Source of the DNA: an uncultured Thermoleophilia bacterium | Lineage (GTDB): Bacteria > Actinomycetota > Thermoleophilia > UBA2241 | Direction of reading: 5' to 3' | Assembly: GCA_963777895.1 (NCBI GenBank) | Contig: CAVZSF010000003.1 | Location: 124,989 to 188,988, forward strand | DNA: 64,000 nt | Shown here: piece by piece, positions 9,994 through 20,050 of the stretch | How positions within the stretch are numbered: the first letter of the stretch is position 1 | Layout of the letters: the number at the start of each line of letters is the position of its first letter | Translations under genes and position numbers: made by a program | The notes under the pieces: model-generated | The model's input: the letters and a program-made list of their open reading frames with translations, nothing else | The model's database searches: none | What the model was told of the DNA's origin: nothing

Positions 9994-11319
9994 TTGGCCG
10001 GCACGACCGCTCGCTATACTGCCGCCATGAGTCCCTTCGCCCGAGACCGTCCGACTGCGCGCAGTGACCGCCGCAGGATGGTCCTCGTGTTGTTGCTGGT
10101 CGCCGCCGTCGCTTTGTGCGTGCGCTTCGCCTACGTCGCCCGCGCCGGCGGCCCGGCCGAAGACTACGTGCACGACGACCACGACGTGATCGGCATCAAC
10201 GTCGTGACCGGCCACGGGTTCAGCTACCAGGCGGGCAAGGACACGCCCACCATCACACGCGCACCCCTCTTCCCCCTGGTGCTGGGCGTGACCTATCTGG
10301 CCGCGGGACATCAAAGGGATTTCACCCTGTGGCGTTCCGTCGAGGCGGTCGTGGAGGCGGCCACCGCCGTCCTGCTCGCCCTCCTGGTACTGCAGGCCGC
10401 GCCCGGGGTGCCGCGAAACCTCCATATTGCCGGCGTTGCCGGCACTCTCTACGCCCTGAACCCGCAGGCAGCACAGTGGGCCACGAGGCTCACGCCTGAG
10501 ACGTGGATGACGTTCTTCGCGGTTCTGGCGGCGCTGGCGTTCGTCGTCTGGCTCCGCCGGGCGAGTTACGCCAGCGCCGCCCTCCTGGGCCTGACCCTGG
10601 GCCTCCTGATCCTGACGAAGAGCGTGTCGCTGGGCGTGCCCGTCATCGCCGCCGTCGCCGGCGCCCTGCTGGTGCGCCGCGACGGGGCCCCGGCCCGACG
10701 CGCCGTCCTGTGCGGCGTGCTCGTCCTCGTCGTGGCGTACAGCGTGGTCGCGCCCTGGACGATCCGCAACTATCGGGTGTCGCACGCGTTCGTCCCCGTC
10801 CAGACCCTGACTTGGTACAACTTCTGGATGGGGATGGAGGCTGGACGAGGTCCCTCGCCCGGCTACGACCCTCTCTCCGTGGAGTACCAGACGCGGCCGT
10901 TCTCTATAGAGCAGAAGACGCCCGCGCAGGATCTGCAGCGAGAGGCCATGTTGCGCGACCACGCCTTGACGTTCGTTCGTGAGCATCCTGGTGGCATGGC
11001 TCGGAAGATCGGCGACGACCTCGTCGCCTTCTGGTACGAGTGGAACGCGGCGACCTTGAGGACCCCCGCAGCCGCCGCCTATCTGCTACAGCTTGCCTTG
11101 GCGGTCGCGGGCGTCGTCATCGGGCTGCGACGGCCAGGCCTGCGCCGGCTCGCCGGCGTGTGCCTGGCCTTCCCGGTCTACTACGTCGTCGCGTACTCAC
11201 CGTTCTTCGCGCACTTCCGCTTCTCCCTGCCGACGATCCCGTTCACGGCCGCGCTCGCGGCCATCGCGCTGGTGGCGGCTGCCCGGTGGGGGCGGACTCT
11301 GACGCGGCCGTCGTCGTAG
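9994..11319 (+). CDS. Membrane glycosyltransferase, GT39/GT83 (ArnT / PMT_2-like)
   Basis: Multi-TM protein with an N-terminal D-rich loop (EDYVHDDHDVIG) and PMT_2-like topology. The start could be 9994 or 10027. TAG stop at 11317-11319. Confidence 0.65.
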   Translation: MAGTTARYTAAMSPFARDRPTARSDRRRMVLVLLLVAAVALCVRFAYVARAGGPAEDYVHDDHDVIGINVVTGHGFSYQAGKDTPTITRAPLFPLVLGVTYLAAGHQRDFTLWRSVEAVVEAATAVLLALLVLQAAPGVPRNLHIAGVAGTLYALNPQAAQWATRLTPETWMTFFAVLAALAFVVWLRRASYASAALLGLTLGLLILTKSVSLGVPVIAAVAGALLVRRDGAPARRAVLCGVLVLVVAYSVVAPWTIRNYRVSHAFVPVQTLTWYNFWMGMEAGRGPSPGYDPLSVEYQTRPFSIEQKTPAQDLQREAMLRDHALTFVREHPGGMARKIGDDLVAFWYEWNAATLRTPAAAAYLLQLALAVAGVVIGLRRPGLRRLAGVCLAFPVYYVVAYSPFFAHFRFSLPTIPFTAALAAIALVAAARWGRTLTRPSS

Positions 11320-11406
11320 CCTCCCACTCCTAGCCGCTTCCACTTGCGGTCAGAAGTGACCGCGACGACCGTGGGTCTCTACCAGGCCGTCAGCGACGGC
11401 TGCGCC

Positions 11407-12636
11407 TCAGCCTCGGCGCTCCAGCTCGTCGGCGAGCTGCTCCACGAACAGGCCGACGTCGGTGACGATACCGATGGCCTGGAAGCTGCCGCGGTCGGCC
11501 AGCTTCGTCACGACCGCGGGGTTGATGTCGACGCACACCGTGCGCACGGCAGCCGGCAGCAGGTTGCCCGTGGCGATGCTGTGCAGCATCGTCGAGAGCA
11601 TCAGGCAGGCGCCGGCGCGCTGCGCGTACTCGCGCATCGTCACCTGCGCCTCGATCACGTCAGTGATGACCTCCGGCAACGGTCCGTCATCGCGGATGCT
11701 GCCCGCCAGCACGAAGGGCGTCCCGGTCTTCACGAGCGTGTGCATCAGACCCTTGGTGAGCACGCCTTGCTCGACCGCGTCCTTGATCGAGCCGCAACGG
11801 CGTATCGTGTTGATGGCGCGCAGATGGTGCTCGTGGCCGCCGGGGATCGGCGTGCCCTCTGTCAAGCTGATGCCGAGCGAGGTCCCGAACAGGGCCGACT
11901 CGATGTCGTGGGTGGCGACCGCGTTGCCGCCGAAGACGGCGCCGACGTAGCCCGCCTCGATGAGGCGGGCCAGGTGCGGCGCCGCCCCCGTGTGGATGAC
12001 CGCCGGGCCGACCACGGCGATGGTCAGCTTCCCTTCATCCCTCACGTGCCGCAGCAGGCGTGCCACCTCGTGGACGATCTGCGCCTTGGGTTTCTCGCTC
12101 GAGACCGCCGACGCCATGAACTCGAAGGGCTGGCTCTCGCGCGGCCGCTCGAGCGGCAGCACGCGCAGCCCGTGGTGTCCGGCCACGTAGAGCTCGCCGG
12201 CCGAGACCTCGCCCATGGGCACGGTCTCGGCCGTCCCCGCCCCCACGTCGACGCGCACGCCGCAGTCCATCTCGGGCCTCTCGACGCGCACCCACTCGCC
12301 CTTGAGGCGCACGTACGTCTCCAGGTTGGTGGTCGAGTAGAAGTCGTCGGGGAAGACGCCGTCCTTGGGCGCCGGCTCGAGCTGCGCGTCCTCCGGCGAC
12401 ACCGCCACGACGCCGTGCTCGGTGATGACCGTGAGGATCTCCTCGAGGTGCGCGCGGTCGCGCCCGTACACGCGCATCACCGCGGTCGAGATGTCGTTCT
12501 GCGTGCGGCCCACGCGGAAGTCGAGGACCTCGAACTCGCCCTCGAGGTCCATGATCGCGTCCCAGACCTGGGGCAGCATCAGCGAGTCGATGAGGTGGCC
12601 CTGAAGCTGGACGTCTTCGTAAGGCTTGTCGGGCAT
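11407..12636 (-). CDS. TIGR00300-family protein (archaeal-type ornithine cyclodeaminase-like, LOR/SDH conserved-domain family)
   Basis: From ATG 12636 (GGAGG upstream): MPDKPYEDVQLQGHLIDSLMLPQVWD… and a C-terminal GGNAVATHDIE… region typical of this family. The ORF-track N-terminal 47 aa are an upstream extension. Confidence 0.5.
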   Translation of the reverse strand: MPDKPYEDVQLQGHLIDSLMLPQVWDAIMDLEGEFEVLDFRVGRTQNDISTAVMRVYGRDRAHLEEILTVITEHGVVAVSPEDAQLEPAPKDGVFPDDFYSTTNLETYVRLKGEWVRVERPEMDCGVRVDVGAGTAETVPMGEVSAGELYVAGHHGLRVLPLERPRESQPFEFMASAVSSEKPKAQIVHEVARLLRHVRDEGKLTIAVVGPAVIHTGAAPHLARLIEAGYVGAVFGGNAVATHDIESALFGTSLGISLTEGTPIPGGHEHHLRAINTIRRCGSIKDAVEQGVLTKGLMHTLVKTGTPFVLAGSIRDDGPLPEVITDVIEAQVTMREYAQRAGACLMLSTMLHSIATGNLLPAAVRTVCVDINPAVVTKLADRGSFQAIGIVTDVGLFVEQLADELERRG

Positions 12637-12739
12637 CGGCGCCTCCACCGCACCTGGGTTGGCGAACACAGGATAGCAGCAGGCACACGAGCCCGAGAGG
12701 CGCGATCCGCCGGAGGCAGACCAGTCAGGTCCCGGTGCG

Positions 12740-12753
12740 TTGACTAAGGTCAA
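12740..12753 (+). promoter_or_regulatory. FNR/CRP-family (Dnr/NnrR-type) binding box TTGACTAAGGTCAA upstream of the qNOR gene
   Basis: Perfect inverted repeat TTGAC-N4-GTCAA about 85 nt upstream of the qNOR ATG, followed by AT-rich TAAATAT at about 12783-12789. Confidence 0.4.
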
Positions 12754-12836
12754 CGCCCCAGTAAACGGCGCTTCCATAGTGTAAATATCCTAGACTGGCC
12801 ACGATCGTGGGGGTCACCGTGCACAAAGGGGGAGTC

Positions 12837-15200
12837 ATGAGTGGTCGCGTTGAGGATCCACGCCGTCCGTTGATCCTTTCGCGGCGCTGGGTCCAGGTCT
12901 CGCTGCTGGTCTTCGTACTCGGCTTCTTCGGTCTTGGCCTGGCCGGCTACCTCAACTACCGGGACGAGCCGCCGATGCCGGCGAAGGTCGTGGACGCCTC
13001 GGGCCAGACGCTCTTCACGCACGACGACGTGATCGCCGGCCAGAGGCGTCTTTCTCGGCAACGGTCTGATGCAGTACGGCAGCATCTTCGGGCACGGCGC
13101 CTACCTCGGCCCCGACTTCACGGCCGACTATCTGCACCGGCAGATCGGCTCGATGCGCGCGCGGGCGGCGGTGGGGACGGCGCCGCGGGCGCAGCCCATC
13201 CCGGCGCCGCCGCCGTGGCCGCATCCGACGGCGCCGCGGCGCAGATCGCCGCGGCCATCACCAGCGACCTCAAGACCAATCGCTACGACGCCGCCACCGA
13301 CACCCTTACGCTTCACCGCCGCCCAGACGGCCGCCTTCGACGATCTCGTGCGCTACTACACAGGCTACTTCTCGACGCCCACCACCAAGTTCGGTCTGCG
13401 TCGCGACGCCATCACCAAGGCGCAGGAGCTGCGCGACCTGACCGCCTTCTTCGCGTGGACGGCGTGGGCCGCGGCGGCCAACCGGCCCGGCAAGCAGTAC
13501 TCGTACACCAACAACTGGCCGAGCGAGACGGCGATCGGCAACACGCCGACCGCCGACGCCCTGCTGTGGAGCGCGCTCTCGCTCATCGCCCTCATCGGCG
13601 GCACCGGCCTCCTGCTCGCGCATCTTCGGGCGCTACGACTGGCTCGGCTGGCACCGGCGCGAGCAGCAGCAGCTCGACTTCCGCAGCGCCCGACGCCGTG
13701 ACGATCACGCCGGCACAGCGCGCCACCGGCTGGTTCTTCTTCGTGATGGCGCTGCTGTTCGTCCTGCAGACGCTGGTCGGCGCGCTGACGCAGCACTACC
13801 GCGCCGACCTCGCCAGCTTCTTCGGCGTCGACGTCGGCCGCCTGCTGCCCTACAACCTCTCCCGCACCTGGCACGTCCAGCTCACGATCTTCTGGGTGGC
13901 GACCTCGTTCCTCGCGGCCGGCATCTTCCTGCTGCCGCTGATCACGAGGCGCGAGCCGCAAGCGCCAGGGCCTGCTGTCGTACGCGCTGCTCGGCGCGCT
14001 CGCGGTCGTCGTCTTCGGCAGCCTGTTCGGCGAGTTCGCCGGCCAGCGCGGCTGGTTCGGCAGCCTGTGGCCATGGTTGGGCAGACCAGGGGCTCGAGTA
14101 CGTCGACCTCGGCCGCTTCTGGCAGATACTGCTCATCGTCGGCATGCTCCTCTGGGTGTTCATCGTCGTCCGCGGCCTGCGCCGCCGGCTCGCCGGCGAG
14201 AGCTTCGGCAACATGCCCTGGCTCTTCCTCTACGCCGCTCTCGCGATCCCCGCCTTCTACGCGGTCTCGCTGCTCGCCAGCCCCAGCGGTCACACCACCA
14301 TCAACGACTACTGGCGCTTCTGGATGGTGCACCTCTGGGTCGAGGACTTCCTCGAGCTGTTCACGACCGCGATGGTGGCCTACGTCTTCGTGCTGCTCGG
14401 TGTCGTCCACGAGCGCACCGCGCTGCGCGTCATCTACCTCGACATCATCATCTACTCGGTGGGCGGCGTGATCGGCACCATGCACCACCTGTACTTCTCG
14501 GGGACGCCGGCGGCGACCATGGCGCTGGGCGCGCTGTTCAGCGCCGCCGAGATCATCCCGCTCACGCTGCTCACGGTCGAAGCGTGGAGCTTCGTGCGGC
14601 TGGGGGCGCGCGAGACCGCAGGCTTCGCGCGCGCCTTCCCGCACTACTGGGCCGTCATGTTCCTCATCGCCGTGGGCTTCTGGAACTTCCTCGGCGCCGG
14701 CGTCTTCGGCTTCCTCATCAACCTGCCGATCGTGAGCTACTTCGAGATCGGCACCGGGCTGACGGCAAACCACGCGCACACCGCGATGATGGGCGTCTAC
14801 GGGATGCTCGCCGCCGGACTCGCGATCTTCTGCCTGCGCTATCTCGTGCCCGAGAAGCAGCTGGTCCGACCGCGCCGCGCGGATCTCGTTCTGGTCGCTC
14901 AACGTCGGCCTCGCCTGGATGGCGTTCGCCAGCCTCTTCCCGCTCGGCGTGCTGCAGCTCTACCACTCGGTGGCCGACGGCTACTGGCAGGCGCGCACGC
15001 TCGACTATCTGGGCAACACACGAACACGGTGCTCGAGTGGGTGCGCCTGCCCGGCGACGTGCTCTTCATCCTCGGCGGGCGCGCTGCCGCTGCTGTGGCT
15101 TGCTTTCTGGGCGATCGCCGGCCGCAAGGGCGTGGCGATCGCCGACGACTACGACGCGACGCTCTACTCCGAGCTGCCGGCGGAGGTTGCCGAGGCCTGA
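12837..15200 (+). pseudogene. norZ: Quinol-dependent nitric oxide reductase (qNOR, NorZ/NorB family, heme-copper oxidase superfamily). Full length (~788 codons) but interrupted by about 10 frameshifts.
   Basis: Conserved qNOR segments sit in alternating frames: …FTHDDVIAGQ | VFLGNGLMQYGSIFGHGAYLGPDFTADYLHRQ | …AAITSDLKTNRYDAATDTLT | FTAAQTAAFDDLVRYYTGYF… | ITPAQRATGWFFFVMALLFVLQTLVGALTQHYRADL…HVQLTIFWVATSFLAAGIFLLPLI | KRQGLLSYALLGALAVVVFGSLFGEFAGQ | …HLWVEDFLELFTT…IGTMHHLYFSG…GHHAY-type His ligands… | …LGVLQLYHSVADGYWQARTLDY. GGGGGAG RBS before ATG 12837. Ends TGA 15198-15200. Confidence 0.75.
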
Positions 15201-15206
15201 CGCCGG

Positions 15207-16109
15207 CTACGACGCCGTGGGGATGACGGGCCGGCCCTCGTCGACGGGCCGGCCCTCCGGGCCTCGCCTCGACGGCAACGTCTCGATGATGAGGATGCCG
15301 CTGAAGATCAGGGCGGCGCCGGTCACGAGGCGCCACGTGATCGTGTCCATCCCGAAGATGATCCCGAACACGGCGCTCGACACACTCTCGAGGCAGAGCA
15401 GGACCGCGGCGTGCGTGGACGTCGTGCGGCGCTGTGCCCACGACTGCAGGAAGAAGGCGTAGATCGTGCCGCTCAGCGCCGTCCACACGACGGCCGCCCA
15501 GACCTCCCACGGCAACGAGAAGCTGATGTCGGTCGTCAGAACCGCGATCACCGTCGCCAGCACGGCGCTGACCGCGATCTGCGTGACGGCCAGCGTCGCC
15601 GGCGGCACCTTGGGCGCGAAGAACCCGGTGGCCATGATGTGCAGCGCGTAGCCGAGGGCGCCCAACAGGGTGAGGGCGTCGCCCCAGCTGATCGTGAGGT
15701 CGCCGCGCAGCGAGAGGACGCCGAGACCGGCGGTCGCCACGATGGCGCCGAGCACCTGCGTCCAGCCGGGTGAGCGGCGAGCCACCATCCAGTAGAGGAA
15801 GGGCACCATGGCCACGCTCAGACCGGTGATGAAGCCTGACTTGCCCGGGGTGGTGTACTGCAGGCCGATCGTCTGGACGATGAGGGCGGTGCAGTAGAAG
15901 ACGCCGAGGATCCCGCCCATGAGCCAGTAGCTCTTCGTGCTGCGCGTGAGGCTGCGCGGCATGATGGCGGCGAAGATCGCCGTCGCCACGAGGTAACGCA
16001 GCATGATGTAGAGCATCGGGTCGACACGCCCGATGACGTCCTTGATGACGACGAAGTTGAAACCCCAGACGACGGCGATCGAGAAGAGCGCCGCATCGGC
16101 CACGAGCAT
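15207..16109 (-). CDS. EamA/DMT-superfamily transporter
   Basis: Start at the internal ATG (MLVADAALFSIAVVWGFNFVV…). 10-TM EamA-like protein. Confidence 0.7.
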   Translation of the reverse strand: MLVADAALFSIAVVWGFNFVVIKDVIGRVDPMLYIMLRYLVATAIFAAIMPRSLTRSTKSYWLMGGILGVFYCTALIVQTIGLQYTTPGKSGFITGLSVAMVPFLYWMVARRSPGWTQVLGAIVATAGLGVLSLRGDLTISWGDALTLLGALGYALHIMATGFFAPKVPPATLAVTQIAVSAVLATVIAVLTTDISFSLPWEVWAAVVWTALSGTIYAFFLQSWAQRRTTSTHAAVLLCLESVSSAVFGIIFGMDTITWRLVTGAALIFSGILIIETLPSRRGPEGRPVDEGRPVIPTAS

Positions 16110-16164
16110 CTGGCGGCGCTCGCCCCGGTCGCGGGCCACCGCGGCGTCTTCCACGTCACCTCCA

Positions 16165-16190
16165 GCGCGCCCGAGCCTGGTCGGGCGCGG
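16165..16190 (-). terminator. GC-rich hairpin downstream of the ABM monooxygenase gene
   Basis: CGCGCCCGA-GCCTGG-TCGGGCGCG inverted repeat. Confidence 0.4.
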
Positions 16191-16261
16191 CACCGCAGGC
16201 GCCGCGCCCCCTCCACGGCACTGAGTCTACGCTGCGGCTCGCCGGGGACGCATCCCGACGG

Positions 16262-16543
16262 TCACACCTCCACGAGGGCGAAGCCTTCCGGGTCTCGCTC
16301 TTCCCACTCGTCGAAGGGGTCGTCCTTGACCGCCGCACGCATCGCCTCGACGCCCGACCGCCAGCTCGCCTCGTCCTCCCAGATGGCGAGACCGACGAGC
16401 CTGCCGCTGCGCAGGTCTTTGAGCGTGTGCAGCTCGCGCAGGCCGGCCGCCCCGGACGCGGCTCTCCCATAGCGGTGCATGGAGTCGATCAGGTCCGGTT
16501 CCCGCCCCGGCTTCGGCTGATGGATCGACATGTGGACGAACAT
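16262..16543 (-). CDS. Antibiotic-biosynthesis-monooxygenase (ABM/Dabb) family small protein
   Basis: 93 aa with a ferredoxin-like ABM fold signature (…LAIWEDEASW…). Confidence 0.6.
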   Translation of the reverse strand: MFVHMSIHQPKPGREPDLIDSMHRYGRAASGAAGLRELHTLKDLRSGRLVGLAIWEDEASWRSGVEAMRAAVKDDPFDEWEERDPEGFALVEV

Positions 16544-16593
16544 GGGGCCTCCTTACGGCGTGATGCTCCTCACATCACCGCCGCGTCACGTGC

Positions 16594-17910
16594 TCACACC
16601 GCCAAGCCGCACCAGCGCATCGCCGCCAGGGCGTAGACCGCGGCCGCGTCGACGAGCTCGTCCTCGACGATCCACTCGTCGATCGTGTGCGCCGTCGCAA
16701 GCGCATCAGGTCCATAGGAGAAGGTCGGGGTCCCGCCACGCAGCGTGAAGGTGGCGGCGTCATGCCACGAGTCGAGACCGCCGGGCCTGCCCTGACGGCC
16801 CAGCCCGGCCCCGGCATCGAGCGTCGCCACGACCAGCGGATGGTCGGCCGGCATCTCGGCGGGCACGATGTCTGAGTGCCAGTCGTAGGTGAGCGGGTGC
16901 TCGTCAAACCAGGGATCGGTCGCCGCCGCGGCCTCGAAGGCCTGCCGGATCTCCGCCTCGACGGCCTTGCCGGTGCCCTCCTCGTCGAGGCGGCCGGGCA
17001 GGTACATCGAATCGAAGCAGATCGTGCAGCTCGCCGGATACGTGACCTCCCAGGTGCCGCCGCTGATGATGGTCGGCACGATATCGCCCGGCGAGAGCAG
17101 CGGATGCTGCTGGTCCGGGCGGTCACGCCACTCGTCACGGAGGCGCTGCGCCGCCTGGATGATCGGCAGCGCCTTCTCAATGGCGTTCACGGCCCCGCCC
17201 TCGCGCCAGTGAGGCTGGCGCACCTCGGCGTGGCCCGGGCGCCCCTCGACCGTCACGAAGGGCGTGAGGGTGCCGCGGCAGGCCACCCAGGCGTCGAAGC
17301 CCGTAGGCTCGGCGCAGATGCCCGCGTCGGCCTTCACGCCCCGCGCGACGCAGGCGAAGCCGCCCGCGCCCGAGGACTCCTCGTCGGTGTTGGTGCAGAA
17401 CACGACGTCGCCGGCAAGGCGGACGCCGGCGCGCGCCAGCGCTTCGAGGGCGACCACCAGGGCGGCCACGCCGCCCTTCATGTCGCCCACGCCGCGGGCG
17501 TACAGCCGGGCGTCACGCCGCGTCAGCGTGAACGGGTCGCTGGTCCACTTCTCGCGCGGCTCGACGTCGACGGCGTCGATGTGGCCGTTGAGCAGCAGGC
17601 TGCGCCCGCCGCCCCCGCCGCGCAGCCGCGCGGCGAGCTGCGGGCGCCCGTTGAAGTCGAGCTCATCGGGCACGTGCCGATTGCCGCTCCCCGTGGCCTC
17701 GGGCTCCCAGAGGTCCGTCTCGGCGCCCAGCGCGATCAGCCGCCGTTCGAGGATCCGCTGCAGCTTCTCCTCGTCGCGCGCCGGCATCCCCACGGTGCGT
17801 GCGGTGGTGTCGCAGGCGACGAGCTCGGCCGTCAGGCCGAGGAGCTCGTCGCGCGCCTCCCGCACGCCGGCCACGACCTTCTCCTCGAGCGCTGAACGCA
17901 CGTCTGACAC
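16594..17910 (-). CDS. M20-family metallopeptidase / deacylase (ArgE/DapE-like)
   Basis: LLNGHIDAVDV, GVGDMKGG and TDEESSGAGG motifs of the M20 family. Confidence 0.8.
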   Translation of the reverse strand: MSDVRSALEEKVVAGVREARDELLGLTAELVACDTTARTVGMPARDEEKLQRILERRLIALGAETDLWEPEATGSGNRHVPDELDFNGRPQLAARLRGGGGGRSLLLNGHIDAVDVEPREKWTSDPFTLTRRDARLYARGVGDMKGGVAALVVALEALARAGVRLAGDVVFCTNTDEESSGAGGFACVARGVKADAGICAEPTGFDAWVACRGTLTPFVTVEGRPGHAEVRQPHWREGGAVNAIEKALPIIQAAQRLRDEWRDRPDQQHPLLSPGDIVPTIISGGTWEVTYPASCTICFDSMYLPGRLDEEGTGKAVEAEIRQAFEAAAATDPWFDEHPLTYDWHSDIVPAEMPADHPLVVATLDAGAGLGRQGRPGGLDSWHDAATFTLRGGTPTFSYGPDALATAHTIDEWIVEDELVDAAAVYALAAMRWCGLAV

Positions 17911-18189
17911 CTCGGCCTCCTCGGCTCACGCTGCCGGAGCAGCGAACGCTTGCTGGCGGACCGGCCGGACGGCGCCGACCGGGCCTCGCGCTGATTCTAC
18001 GGCGCGAGGCCCGGCCTCCGCCGATCCGCGCCTTCGCTGCGCACGTACCGCGCTCGCCCGCCAAGGCGCAGTCGACCACCCTTGCGCGCCTCGAGCCGAT
18101 GTGCTTCTGTCAGCGAGATGACAGCAGGGGGTGCCCGCGCTCGGCCGTCCCCGCGACGGCCCGCCAGGCCCGCCCATCGAGGAGGAGAC

Positions 18190-18588
18190 ATGGAGGACAT
18201 CAGCACCAAGCGAGTCCGCGTCGTCAAGCCTGAGGACGTCGCCTGGGAGCCGGCGGCCGTCTATCCCGAAGAGCAGGACCCGCCCGGGAAGGAATACACC
18301 GCGGCGCAATCGTTCGACGAGAAGTTCAGCTTCGGCCTGTGGCAGCGCGACGTGCAGCGTCGCTACTTCGAGCGGCCCTACCACGAGATCGCCTACATCA
18401 TCGAAGGCCAGGTCGAGATCACCGAGGACGACGGCACGATCGTCATCGCCGGCCCGGGCGACGTCCTCATCACTCCCCGCGGCTCCAAGGGTTTCTGGAA
18501 GAACCTCACGCCGGTGAAGAAGGTCTGGGGCATCTACGAGGAGCCGAGCGGCGACATAGAGGCGTACAAGGGGCCGGGAGCGTTCTGA
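18190..18588 (+). CDS. Cupin-domain protein
   Basis: GGAGG-N4-ATG at 18190 (MEDISTKRV…). The conserved-barrel segment YHEIAYIIEGQVEITEDDGTIVIAGPGDVLITPRG fits a cupin. Confidence 0.6.
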   Translation: MEDISTKRVRVVKPEDVAWEPAAVYPEEQDPPGKEYTAAQSFDEKFSFGLWQRDVQRRYFERPYHEIAYIIEGQVEITEDDGTIVIAGPGDVLITPRGSKGFWKNLTPVKKVWGIYEEPSGDIEAYKGPGAF

Positions 18589-18614
18589 GAGGTCCCGGCG
18601 CCTGAGCTGCCGGG

Positions 18615-18728
18615 GCGCGCGTGACCAGCGGTCCCCAGCACTACCCAGAGCACGGACCCAACTGCGCCGTCTCCTTCGAGGACCCGAGCGGCAACGGTCT
18701 CGAGGTGGTGCACCGCTCCAGGGAATGA
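18615..18728 (+). pseudogene. Remnant of the C-terminus of a VOC/glyoxalase-family gene
   Basis: A 37-codon frame with no start, …QHYPEHGPNCAVSFEDPSGNGLEVVHRSRE*, typical of a VOC C-terminal beta-strand region (DPDGN.LEL). Confidence 0.3.
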
Positions 18729-18766
18729 GCGGCTCGGGGGCTCGGCGGGCGGTATAGCATCAGCTT

Positions 18767-19984
18767 ATGGCCACGCCCGCCGAGCCCCCCGCCCCCCTGC
18801 GCGATCGCCTGCGCGCCCTCGACCCCAACGTCAGGGGCATGGGCTGGGTCAGCTTCGTGGCCGATCTCAGCAGCGAGATCGTCTACCCCCTCTTCCCGCT
18901 CTTCATCACGAGCATCCTGGGCGCGCCGGTCGCCGTGCTCGGCGTGATCGAGGGCATCGCCGAGGGGACGGCGACCTTCCTCCGCTATCCGTTCGGCATC
19001 CTGTCGGACCGGCTCGGCAGACGACGCCCGTTCGTCTTCGTCGGCTACGGCCTCAGCGCCGTCGGCAAGCTCTTCATCGCGCTGGCGGGCGTCTGGGGCA
19101 TCGCTCTGCTCGGCCGCGTCGTCGACCGCGCCGGCAAGGGCATCCGGACGGCGCCCCGCGACGCGCTGATCGGCGCCGGCACGCCCCCAGAACAGCAGGG
19201 CCTCGCCTTCGGCCTGCACCGCACCATGGACACGATGGGGGCGGCCATCGGTCCCCTGATCGCCTTGGCCGCCCTCGAGCTGGGGCTGCCGTTTCGCTGG
19301 GTGCTCGGCCTGGCGGTCGTGCCGGCGCTGCTCAGCGTGGTCGTGATCGCGCTGGCCGTGCGCGAGCGCCGTCAGGCGCCCTCGCCGGCCGCCTTCCGCT
19401 TGCGGCTGCCGGCCTCGCCGGCCTATCGCTGGCTGCTCGCCGGCTCGCTCGTCTTCGGCCTCGGCAACTCCAGCGACATGTTCATCTTGCTGCGCGCGCA
19501 GGACGTCGGCCTGGGCGCGAGCGGGATCATCCTCGTCTACGTGCTCTACAACGTGGTCTACGCGGCCGCCTCGCTGCCGCTCGGCGGCCTCTCCGACCGT
19601 ATCGGGCAGTTCCCTCTCGTGATCGCCGGCTACGTCGTCTTCGCCGCCGTGTATCTCGGGTTCGCGGTGGCAGGGTCGATCGCGGGGGTCACCGTGCTGT
19701 TCGCGGTGTACGGCCTGTACATCGCCGCCACGGAGGGCACAAGCAAGGCGCTGATCAGCCGGGCGACGCCGCTGAGCGAGCGGGCCTCAGCCATCGGACT
19801 GCAGGCCACGCTCGGCGGCGTCGCCACTCTGCTCGCCAGTTCCCTCGGCGGCGTCCTCTGGTCGGCGGCCGGCCCCTGGGCGACCTTTGCCCTCGGCGCC
19901 GCCTGCGCTCTCGCCGCGGCCGCCCTCATGACACTGGGCCGCGGCGCGGTCCGACGCAGCCTCGCGCCGGCGACTTCCGTATGA
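18767..19984 (+). CDS. MFS transporter
   Basis: 405 aa, 12 predicted TM segments, with an MFS loop motif (GILSDRLGRRRP). Confidence 0.75.
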   Translation: MATPAEPPAPLRDRLRALDPNVRGMGWVSFVADLSSEIVYPLFPLFITSILGAPVAVLGVIEGIAEGTATFLRYPFGILSDRLGRRRPFVFVGYGLSAVGKLFIALAGVWGIALLGRVVDRAGKGIRTAPRDALIGAGTPPEQQGLAFGLHRTMDTMGAAIGPLIALAALELGLPFRWVLGLAVVPALLSVVVIALAVRERRQAPSPAAFRLRLPASPAYRWLLAGSLVFGLGNSSDMFILLRAQDVGLGASGIILVYVLYNVVYAAASLPLGGLSDRIGQFPLVIAGYVVFAAVYLGFAVAGSIAGVTVLFAVYGLYIAATEGTSKALISRATPLSERASAIGLQATLGGVATLLASSLGGVLWSAAGPWATFALGAACALAAAALMTLGRGAVRRSLAPATSV

Positions 19985-20050
19985 TGGGGACAGGTGGATC
20001 CACCCGGCTCCCGGCGGCCGCCGGGAGCCGGGTGACAAAGGCGAGCGAAC

